The notes under the pieces: model-generated | Database searches by the model: none | Told to the model about the DNA's origin: nothing | What the model saw: the letters and a program-made list of their open reading frames with translations, nothing else | Made by a program: the position numbers and the translations under genes | In this document: positions 25,549-38,486 of the stretch, one piece after another | Numbering within the stretch: position 1 is the first letter of the stretch | Layout of the letters: every line of letters begins with the position of its first letter | Assembly: GCF_006345805.1 (NCBI RefSeq) | Contig: NW_021833238.1 | Location: 19,999 to 83,998, forward strand | DNA from: Octopus sinensis | Lineage: Eukaryota | Direction of reading: 5' to 3' | DNA: 64,000 bases

Positions 25549-26577
25549 GAGAAGTCAAGAATTATCCGCACTTTTGCCATAACATATCCTTATTATGTCA
25601 CACTGCCTTCTGCGCATGCGTGCTTATAGTCGGTACTATTGTGGTCACGTGATCAAAGTTTGGGCTTCATCGAGCCGTTTTTTCTTTCTGGATTTACAGT
25701 GTAAGCATGGCCGCTCCACTACCAATGGGCACCAAAGAAGAATAAAGAGCAGTGATCAGATTTCTCTGGTCGTGAGGGGTGTCAGGTGCTGAAAATCATC
25801 CACGATGAGCTCGGCTTCTATAAAACCTGTGCAAGATGGGTGTCAAGAGAGCTTACTGCAGAGAACAACCGCAAATACCTTGAGGTTTGCCAACGTTTAC
25901 TCGATCGCTACAAGAATGAGGGCGAGGAATTTTTGAACAGAATAGTCGCAGGAGATGAAACGTGGGTCCATCATTATGAGGCAAAAGCCAAAAGACAGAG
26001 TCTGGAGTGGAAACATCCTGGCTCACCAGCGACGAAGAAATGCAAGACTCGGTCTTCTGCAGGAAAGGTGATACTAAGGCTTTTTTGGGATTCAAAAGGT
26101 CTATACTGGAAGATTACCTGGACAAGGGTGTACGATCAACAGTGCAAGATACAGTGCTTTGCTGGCCAACCTAATGAAGCCAGCATTTCGCACCAAACGC
26201 CGAAGCCTATTGTCGAAAAAACTGTTTTGTTGTTGCATTACAATGCATGCCCACCCACGGCCGCCCAGACCGTTGAAGCCATTAACCAAATGTGCTAAAT
26301 AGTTCCGATGAATTTTAGAACCTGGCACACCTTCTGACAAGAGAAATCGGATCACTGCTCTTTGTTCTTCTTTGGTGCTCATTGCTAGTGGACCAGCTAT
26401 GCTTACACCGTGAAGCCAGAAAGAAAAATGGCGCGATCAGGCTCAAAGTTCGATCACGTGGTCACAATGGTACTAACTATAAGCGCACATGCGCAGAAGA
26501 CAGTGTTTACAAAGCAGTTTTTACAATAATAAAGATATGTTATGGCGAAGGCACGGATAATTTTTGACTTCCCCTCG
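25548..26577. mobile_element. Mariner derivative with two inverted 5' ends (foldback-like)
   Basis: Both ends carry CGAG(GG)GAAGTCAA.AATTATCCG plus ~250 bp of 5' sequence, including transposase start MSTKEEQRAVIRFL. The interior encodes ...ARWVSREL...IVAGDETWVHHYE...LFWDSKG...LLLHYNACP. TA on both flanks. Confidence 0.85.
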
Positions 26578-27069
26578 TATATACACGCGCGCACACACAA
26601 ACACACAAACACAAACATATACATATGCATACATAAATACAAACTGACAAAGGGAAAGAGAGAGAGAGAGAAAGAGACAGAGGAAGGAAGATTAATGAAA
26701 AGTACGTGTGTACCACTGATTGCAATTATCATAATCCTGTCAAAGGTTTAAGACGTGATTATCTGTCTGTTATCAATTCTGTAGTATATCTACTCTCAAG
26801 TTCATTAACTCAGCACTCCTTATCAGCCACTTGTATTCAATATTGTTGTAATAGGCTTTGCAGTCTTACAGATCGTGCGTAGATAAATATAGTTGAAATA
26901 CAACTGAACAACTTACTGAAATAGAATTGTGCATGGTTGAAAGAAAATAATTGGTTTCTAAGTAGACACAGAGCAAGACAGCAAGCTAACAGAACCGTCA
27001 GCACTCCGCGCAAAATCCTCAGCAACAATTTATCCTTCTTTGCATTCTAATGTTTTACGTTCTTGTCCC

Positions 27070-27088
27070 AGTTTGTATTTTTTTACAT

Positions 27089-27150
<62 letters not shown>

Positions 27151-27195
27151 ATATATTATATATATATATATAATATATATATATTATATATATAT

Positions 27196-27246
<51 letters not shown>
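27070..27246. repeat. (TA)n microsatellite
   Basis: Directly visible. Confidence 0.97.
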
Positions 27247-27252
<6 letters not shown>

Positions 27253-27459
27253 ATGGCCTAGTGGTTAGGGCAGCGGACTTGCGGTCGGAGGATCGCGGTT
27301 TCGATTCCCAGACAGGGCGTTGTGTGTGTTTATTGAGCGAAAAAAACACCTAAAAGCTCCACGAGGCTCCGGCAGGAGGTGGTGATCCCTGCTGTACTCT
27401 TTCACCACTCTAAAGGCGGTGCTCCAGCATGGCCGCAGTCAAATGACTGAAACAAGTAC

Positions 27460-27473
<14 letters not shown>
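27247..27473 (+). mobile_element. SINE chimera: family-E head plus family-B 3' tail
   Basis: E head to ~27410, then TAAAGGCGGTGCTCCAGCATGGCCGCAGTCAAATGACTGAAACAAGTA, identical to the family-B terminus, and an A tail. Confidence 0.8.
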
Positions 27474-27496
<23 letters not shown>

Positions 27497-27623
27497 CATG
27501 CATACAAATACATATACATATGCATATATATCACATCATAATGTCATTTAAGCACACAAAGAACTTGTGCATGAAAATATTAGCGCGTATTAGCTGACAT
27601 GCAATCTCACCGGTAAAATTGTA

Positions 27624-27854
27624 GGCGGCGAGCTGGCAGAGACGTTAGCACGCCGGGCGAAATGCGTAGCCGTATTTTGTCTGTCGTTACGTTCTGAGTT
27701 CAAATTCCGCCGAGGTCGACTTTGCCTTTCATCCTTTCGGGGTCGATAAATTAAGTACCAGTTACGTACTGGGGTCGATGCAATCGACCTAATACCTATG
27801 TCTGTCCTTGTTTGTCCCCTCTGTCTTTAGCCCCTTGTGGGTAATAAAGAAATA
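27624..27854 (+). mobile_element. SINE family A, long-tail subtype
   Basis: TSD GGTAAAATTGTAGGC at 27612-26 and 27855-69. Confidence 0.9.
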
Positions 27855-28235
27855 GGTAAAATTGTAGGCAATAGATCCTCCATAAAGTTATCCACACCAA
27901 AACAAATTAACCCGTGAATAATGATCAAAATAATTTTTACGATTAAGTCCACACGATTTTGCCCGCTATAAAGGAACCGATACAAACGTCAAGTCTGTAC
28001 ATTACCTGACGATGAGACAGTGATGATCTTGGAACGTTGAATATGGATTTAGGAACTTTATTGTTCAAAATTCATTGTCTTCACTGTAATTAAAAGGATT
28101 AAACAACAACATAGTCGTTTATTTAATGGAAAAGACATATCTCTATCTGTGAATGTGTGTACTTGTGTGTGTGTGGTGTACAAGTATATATATGTTTATA
28201 CATATGTATATACATACACACAAAATCTATATGTA

Positions 28236-28452
28236 CAGGGTGGCCCAAAAGTAAGCTTACAGTTATTCAACTATCTTTCGCATTCATATATTAACAGTTT
28301 AGATCTTAATTATAGAAAAATATGAAAGCATTATTCTATGCTTATTTATATAATAAACAATATGACTGCAAGATAGAAATTTAAATAAAATGTTTTAAAA
28401 GAAATTTAAAGTGCGTACGTGATAACTGTAAACCTACTTTTGGGCCACTCTG
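28236..28452. mobile_element. Tc1/mariner-type MITE (217 bp)
   Basis: ~31-bp TIRs CAG(G/A)GTGGCCCAAAAGTA(A/G)G(C/T)TTACAGTTAT, TA on both sides, AT-rich non-coding core. Confidence 0.88.
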
Positions 28453-28743
28453 TATATCTATATTAATTAATTAATAACGAAAGAACAGCAATTACGTTTC
28501 CAAATTAATTAGCTTATAAGAAGCGGCGCACTCGGAGGCGAGTATGAGTGCAACATCTTGCAGTCTCCTTGCAGGCATAGAATCGAAGTGTATGTTTAGT
28601 TTGGAAAGCATTTAAAGGCATAGAAATATATAAATAATCTAATGCGGTTTACCATATGTGTGTTTGTGTGTGTGTGTACGTGTGCGTGCGCGCATGTGTG
28701 TTTGCGCGCGTGTGTGTATGTGTGTGTACATATATATATATGT

Positions 28744-28783
<40 letters not shown>

Positions 28784-30192
28784 TCGCGCACAAACGAATA
28801 TACACGCTCACGCAAATATACACAGCGAGAGAGAGAGAGAATGAGAGAGAGAATGAGAGAGAAAGAGGGATAGAGAAAGCGGGAGAGGGAAAGAGAAAGA
28901 AAGAAAGAGAGCGAGAGAGTGATATGTTGATAGATAGAAAGATAGATAGATAAATAGACAGGAATACTTTTTGTTCATCAAAATGACAAAATTAAAGTTT
29001 ACTATGTTGGACTTTGTTGATTTAGAATTAATAGATTTTGGTATTGAATACGTTCGAAGACAATTCGTTTTGAAGCAAAGATTTGAATTTTTCAGCGGAA
29101 ACAGCAAGATATAGTAATTAGTCAGAGAAATGAAATAAATAATTTATTAAAAAATAAATCACCAAGATTAATTATTCTGAGACGCCATTCACAAGAATAA
29201 CAATGATTAAGTTTAGATCTAAATACTTAACGAATTAAACTCCACCAGTGCAATTAGAAATACTCAGATATTGAAGAGAAAGACATCAGTAGTTCAATCA
29301 TTGATTGCATTTTAACCATTTCGGTAACTACGGGAGACAACTGCATGCATGTTTTGGTCCGATCAGACCTCAATAGCAGATTGTAGATTTTTACTGTACT
29401 TTTTAAGTACAGTTCAGAATATTTACAGTATAATATTTACAGTATTCTGTTGTGTCTGGGGAGAGTCATTTTCTTTTTGTGCCTTATAATATAACACACT
29501 CACCGGTAAAATTTCCACTTTTTCTTATTTTTATTTTCTTAAAATATAAAGAATCTTGCAAACCAAATCCAAAAACGATATATTTACAGTATTTTCATGG
29601 CTTCTGAAACAATCATTGATTTATAAAGAAATCATCTGAGAGAATTACAGATGCTTATACAATTCATGGGGAGAAATGTTAAAAAAAAAGAACAATAATA
29701 ATTTTGAGTGTTTTATGCATTTCTTTAGCAACCATCTCTGTTTAAATACTTCATCTACTTATTTAGTAATTTAGATTATACTACATTATTCTTCTACCGA
29801 TGAATGATGTCTTTATTAAGTTGCTTATCATCACAACTATTATTAAATATTTACGTCTTGTATAATATTTAGTCGTTATCTTTTAGACACGTCTCTTCCT
29901 GTCGTCACTGTGTAACCCAAAGGCATAGTTACTTGGTACTCAACAACCGAGCAGTTGCTGTCGTTGTTATCACCGTAAGTGTTGTTGCTGTTGTTTAGAT
30001 TCAGGTTGGCATACATAGAGGAACTCGTATTGAAAGCAAATCCAACCGTAGTTGGACTACATTATTTAATGCGTTCAGTTTTATATTTAAAGTGGTATGG
30101 TGTGAATAGAGATTTTACTGTTATTTTAATTTCCAACTATAACACGAAAGATAATAAGGGAGGTCATTAATTCAGAAATTTTGAATTAAATA

Positions 30193-30763
30193 TTGGGTTG
30201 TCCGGAAAGTTCGTGCCAATTTATAGTAGCTTACCGTTCGACTTATTTTAGAACGTAGTTGAGTCCATAAAATAGGATTTGACTACACCTCCATTTAGAG
30301 CACAGAATAAGCTATCTTTTCGTGGAAGAAGGTTTATGAACATTGTTCATTAACCTGTGTTAATTCTGTAACCCCTTAAAATGGAAGAGAAGAAAGTTCA
30401 TTTTCGGCACTTGATGCTTTGGGAACCAGACAAAATTGCTGCAGCTCGGCTGGGGTGTGTTACCCCACCCTCCATATTCACCAGATATTGCTCCTTCGGA
30501 CTTCCACTTATTCAAGTCTCTGCAGAATAGTCTTAATGGTAAAAATTTCAATTCCTTGGATGATGTAAAAAGATACCTTGATGAATTCTTTGCCATGAAA
30601 CCACCTCAATTCCGGGAAGAGGGTATTTTCAAGTTAAAGGAAAGATGGAGACGCATTGTGCAACAAAATGGTTCACATTTGGTTGATTAAAAGTGTAAAG
30701 GCAAGTATTTATTGACCTTTTTCTTTCCTTTAAAAATCGGCACGAACTTTCTGGACAACCCAA
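30193..30763 (+). mobile_element. Internally deleted mariner (571 bp)
   Basis: TIRs TTGGGTTGTCC(G/A)GAAAGTTCGTGCC with TA flanks. N-terminal MEEKKVHFRHLMLW is joined out of frame to C-terminal LGWGVLPHPPYSPDIAPSDFHLF...RWRRIVQQNG (ORF 30436-30690). Confidence 0.92.
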
Positions 30764-32689
30764 TATATAGGCACACACATAATTTATAAAAAAAAAAAAA
30801 TCAAGCGTATCTCATGTATATAAATTCTCTTAAATTGATGAGCGCAAGATAATTGAAACAACCTTCATATCATAATGACTGTGAAATTTGAGAATCTGTC
30901 ACAACTTCACGTTCTGTTCCTAATTTACATCCCCCCACTCTCTCTGTAACTCTCTCCTTTTCTCACACTCTGCATATTTCTCTTTCTCTCTCTCTCTCCA
31001 TTTTCGCGCTCTCTCATACCGAACCATTTCCATCACTCAACGCCACCATTAAAAATATTTTGTTATCTTATAAAACTAACATTGTTGAAAATAAGGACAT
31101 TTTTAATTAAAAAGTAAATCATAAAAGAGAAGCAAACAAAATTATGATTCTGAATTCATAAACATCTCTTCAGAATACATAAAAATATATAGGGTTTTTT
31201 TTTCTGTTTACTTTCCATAAGTTACTGTTTAAAGATGTCACATCTTCTATCTATCCATTTTCTTTCCCTCTTTCATTCTCTCTCTCACGCTCTTCCATTT
31301 CTATTTCTTTGTTATTCCTTTGTTTCCTTCCTGTCTTACTTATTTGCACCCCTTTCTCCTTCCTTCCTTCCTTTCCTTTTTCCTCCTTTCTCTCGTTCCC
31401 CTTTTGTCTCTCCCATTTTTGCTCACCCAGACATTATTTGATTGTCAAATATTTACTGCGTTTCTGCAATTCACAACATGAGAAGTATTAAATAAATGGC
31501 ATATTATATAACAAAAACGGATCAGTTACTTGCTGAACTAACGTTAAACATTTTAGAAGTAGTTTAGAATGGTTCTTATTATATTTACCATTATTTCCAC
31601 TTTCTGGAAATTTTCAATACCTTTAGTGCAGATTTACTTGCATTTCTCCTTAGTATATAACTCCATAATTTACACTTGAGTACAAAACATATAAACAAGC
31701 TCGAATGCATCTAGAGGAAGCAACTTTATATATCTTTTAATATATCATTGACAAAATTAGGCTAATTTTGATGGTTGTGGCCGGCTCTGATAGAGCAGAT
31801 AAATGGTCAAAAACATTCCAAGTATGACCATCTCATCTTTGTTTTAGATATTTCATAACTAGGACTACATTACCCAACGCGTACCTTTTTAATATGGCGG
31901 GGTGCAGTTTCGGGTGATTTTTTTCTGCTATTTCCAGTAAACCACATAAAGGCTTGGTTTTATTCGGTTGTTAATACAATTAATTTTTCTCATTAAATTT
32001 CTCATTTAGATAAAGATAAAATATGATATGCCCAGTTATTCTTCCTATTTTCGCCATAATGTTTAGTGAGTGATAGCTACATCAATAGCATCATGACTTC
32101 AGCCAAGTAATCAGTATTTCTTTAGAGTCCAAAGCAATTATTGCGGAATTCAGGAAGTTGGATACATTGATTGGTTTTCTCCTCTTATTAACTTCATATT
32201 TTGTATTTTGTAGTTTCACTTACGCATTTCAATCATTTCAATTGTTAGTTTTTCCATTTCCCTGTGGTTTTGGACAAAGATGTCCATATTCCTTGCTTAG
32301 ACATGAATATTCCATGTTCAAATTCAGTCAGAAACAATGTTCATATTCACGTTGATGACGCCTGGCGACGATGAGAGTTGGAACTAATTGAAAATGTGCG
32401 TAATTTGGAAACACGAAAGATAAAATTATTAGCCTGTAAAACTTTAATTTTCACCTCAGGAGCTTTGACATAATTAATCAGATAATTGTAGAATTTTTCA
32501 CATCACGACTGTCACTGAAGAAAATGAAGTACATTTGAAATTAATGAATTTATTCAAATCATTTATGTTGATTGCCAAAAGAGTGCTCTAGATAGCGAGT
32601 CCGGGTAACGAGCTAGCATTTGAATAATATTTTTTTTCTAACAAAATCAATGGGGTGGCAAGCGCAAACAAGAAATGATTCATCAAAAT

Positions 32690-32920
32690 GGGATGCTGTG
32701 AGTTTGCAGTCCAGTCCCTATATAGAGCTTACAACATGCTGACATCACAGAGGGCCAGTTAGCAGAAGGCCATCAGGCTGGTTGTGGAGGTTGTAGAGGT
32801 TGCCTTAAGGTGGCTGCGATTCAGGAAGTGTGAGCCTACGAAAGAGTAATGCTCTCAGTTGTAGTACTAAGTGGACATAAGCTGGGACTTGATCAATCCT
32901 GACTGGGTCACCTTTGTTCA
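32690..32920 (+). mobile_element. Decayed 3' end of a HERO/NeSL-like non-LTR element
   Basis: Fragmentary translation C.FAVQSLYRAYNML.IT...KAIRLVVEVVEVALRWLRFR recalls the GCRGFAGQSL...RKAI...ASRWLWxxR terminus of these elements, as I remember it. Confidence 0.45.
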
Positions 32921-32984
32921 ACCACTCGCAGCGCTTAAGTCAACCTAAGCGCTTAAGTCATCATCCTAAGAGAATCACCGACTA

Positions 32985-33196
32985 TTGATTTCAAATATTG
33001 GTACAAGGCCAGTAATGTGGGGTGAAAGGGCAAGTCGATTACGTCAACCCAGTACTTAACCGGTACTTCTTTTATCGATTCTGAAAGGATGAAAGGAAAA
33101 GTCGACCTCGACGAAACTCGGACTCAGAACGTAAAGATGGTCGAAATGCTGCTAAGCATTTTGTCCGGCGTGCCAACTATTTTGCAAACTCGCCAC
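32985..33196 (-). mobile_element. Older family-A SINE
   Basis: Degenerate head and body of family A. Confidence 0.75.
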
Positions 33197-33861
33197 CTTC
33201 ATCGACTATTAGTATTATTGATAATGCGCTTACATGAGGTACTGTATTTGTATTTCATCATTCTTGCCTTCCATTTCTAAGTGAAAGGAAACACAAACCA
33301 TTGAACAACTCCCTAACTGGTCATTGCGGCACACTCTTAACTAGATCTTTACCTTTTCTATTTGCAGCCATACCAGTAGTTCTACCCTTCAACCGGTTCC
33401 AATATTTTATTCCCTCGTACTATGAAACATCTCAAAGTATACAATGTATGCATAGCCTCCAGTCAGCGATAAATACTTCTGGGTTACTGGCGATGTTGTA
33501 TCGGAAAATTGCAGATATTTATATAACGAAATTGCAATTTCTCATTTTAAAAATATGCCGAGGCCTGTAAACTAGCCAAAATAATTTTGGAAACGTTAGA
33601 AGTTCTCATCATGTGAGAATATTAAATTATCAAACAACATAACAACTTACCCTTAAACAGTGCGAATTATCTTTTGCTACCTATTGTAAAATTCTATTGT
33701 TGGCTGCGTTTGCAAAAAATAAAAAAATAAATGAATATCTTTCAGAGAAACCAATTACGAAAATCGAATGTAAAACAAAAAAATGAAAAGTAATATATAA
33801 AGATGTTTTAGATAGAAGTGGCCAGGGATGTGTGTGGAAATGTCTTCCCTGTGCTGTACCA

Positions 33862-33910
<49 letters not shown>

Positions 33911-33918
33911 CATATATA

Positions 33919-34324
33919 GGCGACGGAGTGGCTGTGTGGTAAGTAGCTTGCTTACCAACCAGATAGTTCTGCGTTCAGTCCCACTGCGGGGCACCTTGGG
34001 CAAGTGTCTTCTACTATAGCCTCGGGCCGACCAAAGCCTTGTTAGTGGATTTGGTAGACAGAAACTGAAAGAAGCCCCTCGTATATATGTATACGTATAT
34101 ATATATGTGTGTGTGTATTTGCGTGTTTGTCCCCCCAACATCGCTTGACAACCGATGCTGGTGTATTTACGTTCTCGTCACTTAGCGATTCGGCAAAAGA
34201 GACCGATAGACTAAGTACTAGGCTTACAAGAATAAGTCCTGGGGTCGATTTCCTCGACTACAATCAATGGCTACAAGTATGGCTACAATCAAATGACTGA
34301 AACGAGTAAAAGAGCAAAAGCGAG
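33919..34324 (+). mobile_element. SINE family B
   Basis: Matches 8219-8625; begins at the end of a TA tract. Confidence 0.88.
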
Positions 34325-34663
34325 ATATATATATATATCTTATAATATATATATATATTTATGTGAAATAGAAATGAATATCTTGTAGTAGATTAATCAA
34401 AAGTTAACCGATACCTTAGTAGCAAAATCACAGCAGTGAACAGCACGGTTGGAGGTACAACCATCTGGCGTTGCAACCGTGCGTTGGTGCGGATAATTGA
34501 AATTAAAACATTATTGGTGAATTGAAGAAATGGAGCTGAACGCAGATTGAACAGAAATCGTTTTATTTCATTCTACACGTGTTTCGAAAGGCACAAATTA
34601 CCACAATATATATATATATATATAATATTATATTATATATTATATATATATATAATATATGGA

Positions 34664-34885
34664 CAGGGTGTTCAAAAAGTCTCCCGGCAGTGATTCTTTC
34701 ATCCTGCGCATCACCATGGCGCTACTTCAAGAGTTTTTCGGTGAACGAATTATTTCGAAGGGAGCTTGGACACCAAAATCACCTGATTTAACACTTCCAG
34801 ACACTTTTTTTTCTAGGGAGCAAGTAAGGATTAGTGTACAGAATCGCCCGAATACCTACTGCAGAGAAATTTCTTAAACCCCCTG
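34664..34885 (+). mobile_element. Short Tc1/mariner-superfamily deletion derivative (maT/rosa-like motif)
   Basis: Ends CAGGGTGTTCAAAAA / TTTCTTAAACCCCCTG-TA; internal [26 protein letters not shown] resembles the WPPRSPDLTPxD motif. Confidence 0.65.
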
Positions 34886-34937
34886 TATATATATATATAC
34901 ATATATATATGTATATATATAATATATATATATATAT

Positions 34938-35017
<80 letters not shown>

Positions 35018-35046
35018 TATATATATTATATATATATATATATATA

Positions 35047-35077
<31 letters not shown>

Positions 35078-35220
35078 ATTATATGATATTTATATATATA
35101 CATACATATATAATATATATATTATATAAATATACATACATATAATATAATATATATATTATATTAAATTATATATACATAGATATATATATATATATAT
35201 ATTTATAAATATATATATAC

Positions 35221-35264
<44 letters not shown>

Positions 35265-35288
35265 TAAATATATATATACATATATATA
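34886..35288. repeat. Long (TA)n-rich tract (continues at 36528-36810 beyond the CR1 insert)
   Basis: Directly visible. Confidence 0.97.
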
Positions 35289-36527
35289 CTTGATACTTTG
35301 ATAGGTTTCGGCCATTATTGGCCCAGGCCATGTCTAACTTAATAGCACCACCTGGTGAAGTCTTTCAAGTCAGAATTTGGGCACTATGGCCCACTCAAGT
35401 AGAGAGTTATTGTTTACAGAGACATATCCGGGTGTAGGGGGTTTATCCGGGATTTCTTGAAGGAATCTGTCCAAAGACTTCTTGAACCCTATAGGGTCAG
35501 TTTCTGTTTTAATGTTGTTGGTGTAATGTTAAAGAGAGCGGGGCCAATTGAGGTGAAATAATTGTGCCGTATTGTTTTTTATGAGATGAGAGTGCGATTT
35601 TTGTTTGTGGCGGATGGCACGGGGCCCAAGCCTTGGATGTACTTAAAGGTGATGCCAACATCATTTGGGCAATGCTGATGGAATATTTTCCACATCATGC
35701 AGATGATGTAGCGCTCACGACGACGTTGGAGAGAATAGAGTTTTAGCTTTTCTAGTCGACCCCAATAGTCGAGGCCTGTCATGCCATCTATCTTTTTTGT
35801 GATTGGCCCTTGAGGTGCTTCAACTTTTATGATACCTTGTATTGTGTGGGGAGACCACAGTGGACAACAGTATTCAAGGTGGGGTCGGGCAAAAGTGGAG
35901 AAGAGAAGGATAATGGTGTGGATATCTCTCGACTGGAAAGTTCTGGAATCCAGGAACACATTCTGCGGGCCATGTCAACTTTGGTGTTTATATGAGTGGC
36001 CCAGCTTACGTTGTTGTCCACAATTACTCCCAAGTCTCTGATGTTGTTGGACGCCGCGAGAGTTTCACCTGAAGGAAGGGAGTATGGGAGTTTCAGGGCA
36101 TCCTCTTTTCCAAAGTGGATTAGCTCAAATTTATCCTCGTTCAGCAGCATATTGTTTTTTTCTGCCCATTGGATAACAGCCAGTAGATCTGACTGAAGGC
36201 ATGTCCGGTCACTCGCCTCATTTATGACCTTCTGTAGCTTGGAGTCATCTGCAAAGATTTTTATGTTGCTGTGCTTGATGATGTCATTAATGTCATTAAT
36301 GTAAATGATGAAAAGAAGTGGGCCCAGCACAGTTCCTTGCGGAACGCCACTACTGACTTTGGCTGGGCTTGATTTTACCCCTTCAACTACAACATGTTGA
36401 GATCTGTCTGTCAGGAAACACTTAATCCATTTCAGTAACTTTCCAGAGACACCAAATCTGTCTGTCAGGAAACACTTAATCCATTTCAGTAACTTTCCAG
36501 AGACACCAATCTGTCTGTCAGGAAACA
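35289..36527 (-). pseudogene. CR1-group LINE, 5'-truncated (RT C-terminal half, 3' UTR)
   Basis: GVPQGTVLGPLLFIIYINDI...IFADDSKL...DLGVIVD...RPHLEYCCPLWSPH...YWGRLEKLKLYSLQRRRER across ORFs 35827-36528 and 35579-35959, with few frameshifts; 3' end has TATCAA(A)G repeats; inserted in (TA)n. Confidence 0.92.
36402..36527 (-). repeat. 54/53-bp tandem reiteration (2 units plus 19 nt) at the CR1 5' junction
   Basis: ATCTGTCTGTCAGGAAACA starts at 36402, 36456 and 36509; the protein repeats [17 protein letters not shown]. Confidence 0.92.
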
Positions 36528-36635
36528 TATATATAATATATATATATTATATTAAATATATATATACATATATATATATATATATTATATTAAATATATA
36601 TAGCAATATATGTATATATATATATATATATATAC

Positions 36636-36669
<34 letters not shown>

Positions 36670-36703
36670 ATATATATCTATAGTATATGTATATATATAT
36701 ATA

Positions 36704-36748
<45 letters not shown>

Positions 36749-37384
36749 TGCATATATATATATATCTATATAATCTATATATTCTATATATATTATATTA
36801 TATATATCTCACTTCGTTGATTTTTCTGTGCTCTCTTATTCCCATTAGTGGAGTTTTTTTTTTTTTAATATGGTCATCTGCCAAAAAAGTAGCAAATATT
36901 GCCATACTTTATTAAAATTTACGTGAGAAAAATTAGAATACCTTACAAGACTGGAATGTCAGTATTGTTGCTGTTGTTGTTCCAACTGACCTTATCTGTG
37001 ATCCCAATATTACTCATGCTATTGTTTCTGCTATTTACTCATTATTTCCTTTTTTTTTAAACCTAAACTGTTATCGATACTAATATTATTACCGTTGTTG
37101 TTACTCTTACTTTTTAATTTTTATGGTGTTGTTTTGGTTTATCTTCTTTTGTTTTAACTGCTGCTACTGCTGCTGCTGCTGCTGCTGCTGTTATAGCTAT
37201 TTTGGCTGCAAGTATTCCTTTAAGAATTGCTGTTTCTCGATATTAGTACTGACACTGCTGCTGCTGTTGTTGTTGTTGCCCTCTTTTTTTGGTTTTTTGT
37301 TTAAATTTCTATTAATATTACTGATGGAAATATGTAGCTTCTCAATTACCAACATCGCTACGGCTGCTACTAGTCTTCTCCTCC

Positions 37385-37422
37385 CCTTTTTACTACTACT
37401 ACTATTACTACTACTACTACTG

Positions 37423-37469
<47 letters not shown>

Positions 37470-37560
37470 GCTGCTACTGCTGCTGCTAGTACTACTGCTA
37501 ATACTACTACTAGTATTACTACTACTACAACTACTACTACTGCTGCTGCTGCTGCTATCA
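37385..37560. repeat. (CTA)n/(CTG)n microsatellite
   Basis: Directly visible. Confidence 0.95.
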
Positions 37561-37574
37561 TTATCAATAATAAT

Positions 37575-38340
37575 ACTTTACTTTCTACTAGAAGCACAAG
37601 TCCTGAAATTTCAGTGGGAGGGGATAAATCATTTACATCGACCCCAGTGTTTCACTGGCAGTTAATTTATCGACCCCGAAAGGATGAAAGGCAAAGTCAA
37701 CCTCGGCGGAATTTGAACTCAGAACGTAGCGGCAGACGAAATACCGCTATGCATTTCGCCCGGCATGCTAAACCATCACCAATAATAATAATATAATAAA
37801 TACTTTTCTCACTATAAAACAAGGTTGGGAAGTTTGGTGAACGGTGCTAGTCGATTACATCGACTCGAGTACATAACTGGTACTTATTTATCGACTCCGG
37901 AAGGATGAAAGACAAAGTCGCCCTCGGTTGAATGTGAACTTAGAACACAAACAGACAAAATAGCATTAAGCGTTTTTCTTTGCAAACGATTCTCCTAGCT
38001 CGCCGCCTTACAACCAATTATAATAATGGTTTATGATATAGGCCCAAGGCTAGCAATTTTGAGAGGTGGGAGTCAGTCGACACCATCCCATCGATCCCAT
38101 ACTTAAATGTTAGTTTATTTTATCAATATTGGTTTCAAATTTTGGCACAAGGCCAGTAAGCTAGGGCGCGGGTGAGTTGATTGCATCAACTCCAGTGCTC
38201 AACAATTACTTACATTATCGACCCCGAAAAGACGAACAGCAAAGCTGGCCATGTCAAAATTTGAACTCAGAATGTAAAGACGGACGAAGCGCCGCTAAGC
38301 ATTTTATCCGGTGTGCTAACGGCTCTGCCAGCTAGCCCAC
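37575..38340 (-). mobile_element. Cluster of 3-4 family-A SINE copies, all on the minus strand (~37575-37772, 37805-38010, 38035-38125 partial, 38130-38340)
   Basis: Repeated ATCGACCCCGAAAGGATGAAAGGCAAAG...TTTGAACTCAGAAC cores at different levels of divergence. Confidence 0.8.
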
Positions 38341-38345
38341 TTAAT

Positions 38346-38401
<56 letters not shown>

Positions 38402-38435
38402 TAATAATAATAACAACAACAATAATAATAATAAT

Positions 38436-38470
<35 letters not shown>

Positions 38471-38486
38471 TAATAATAATAATAAT

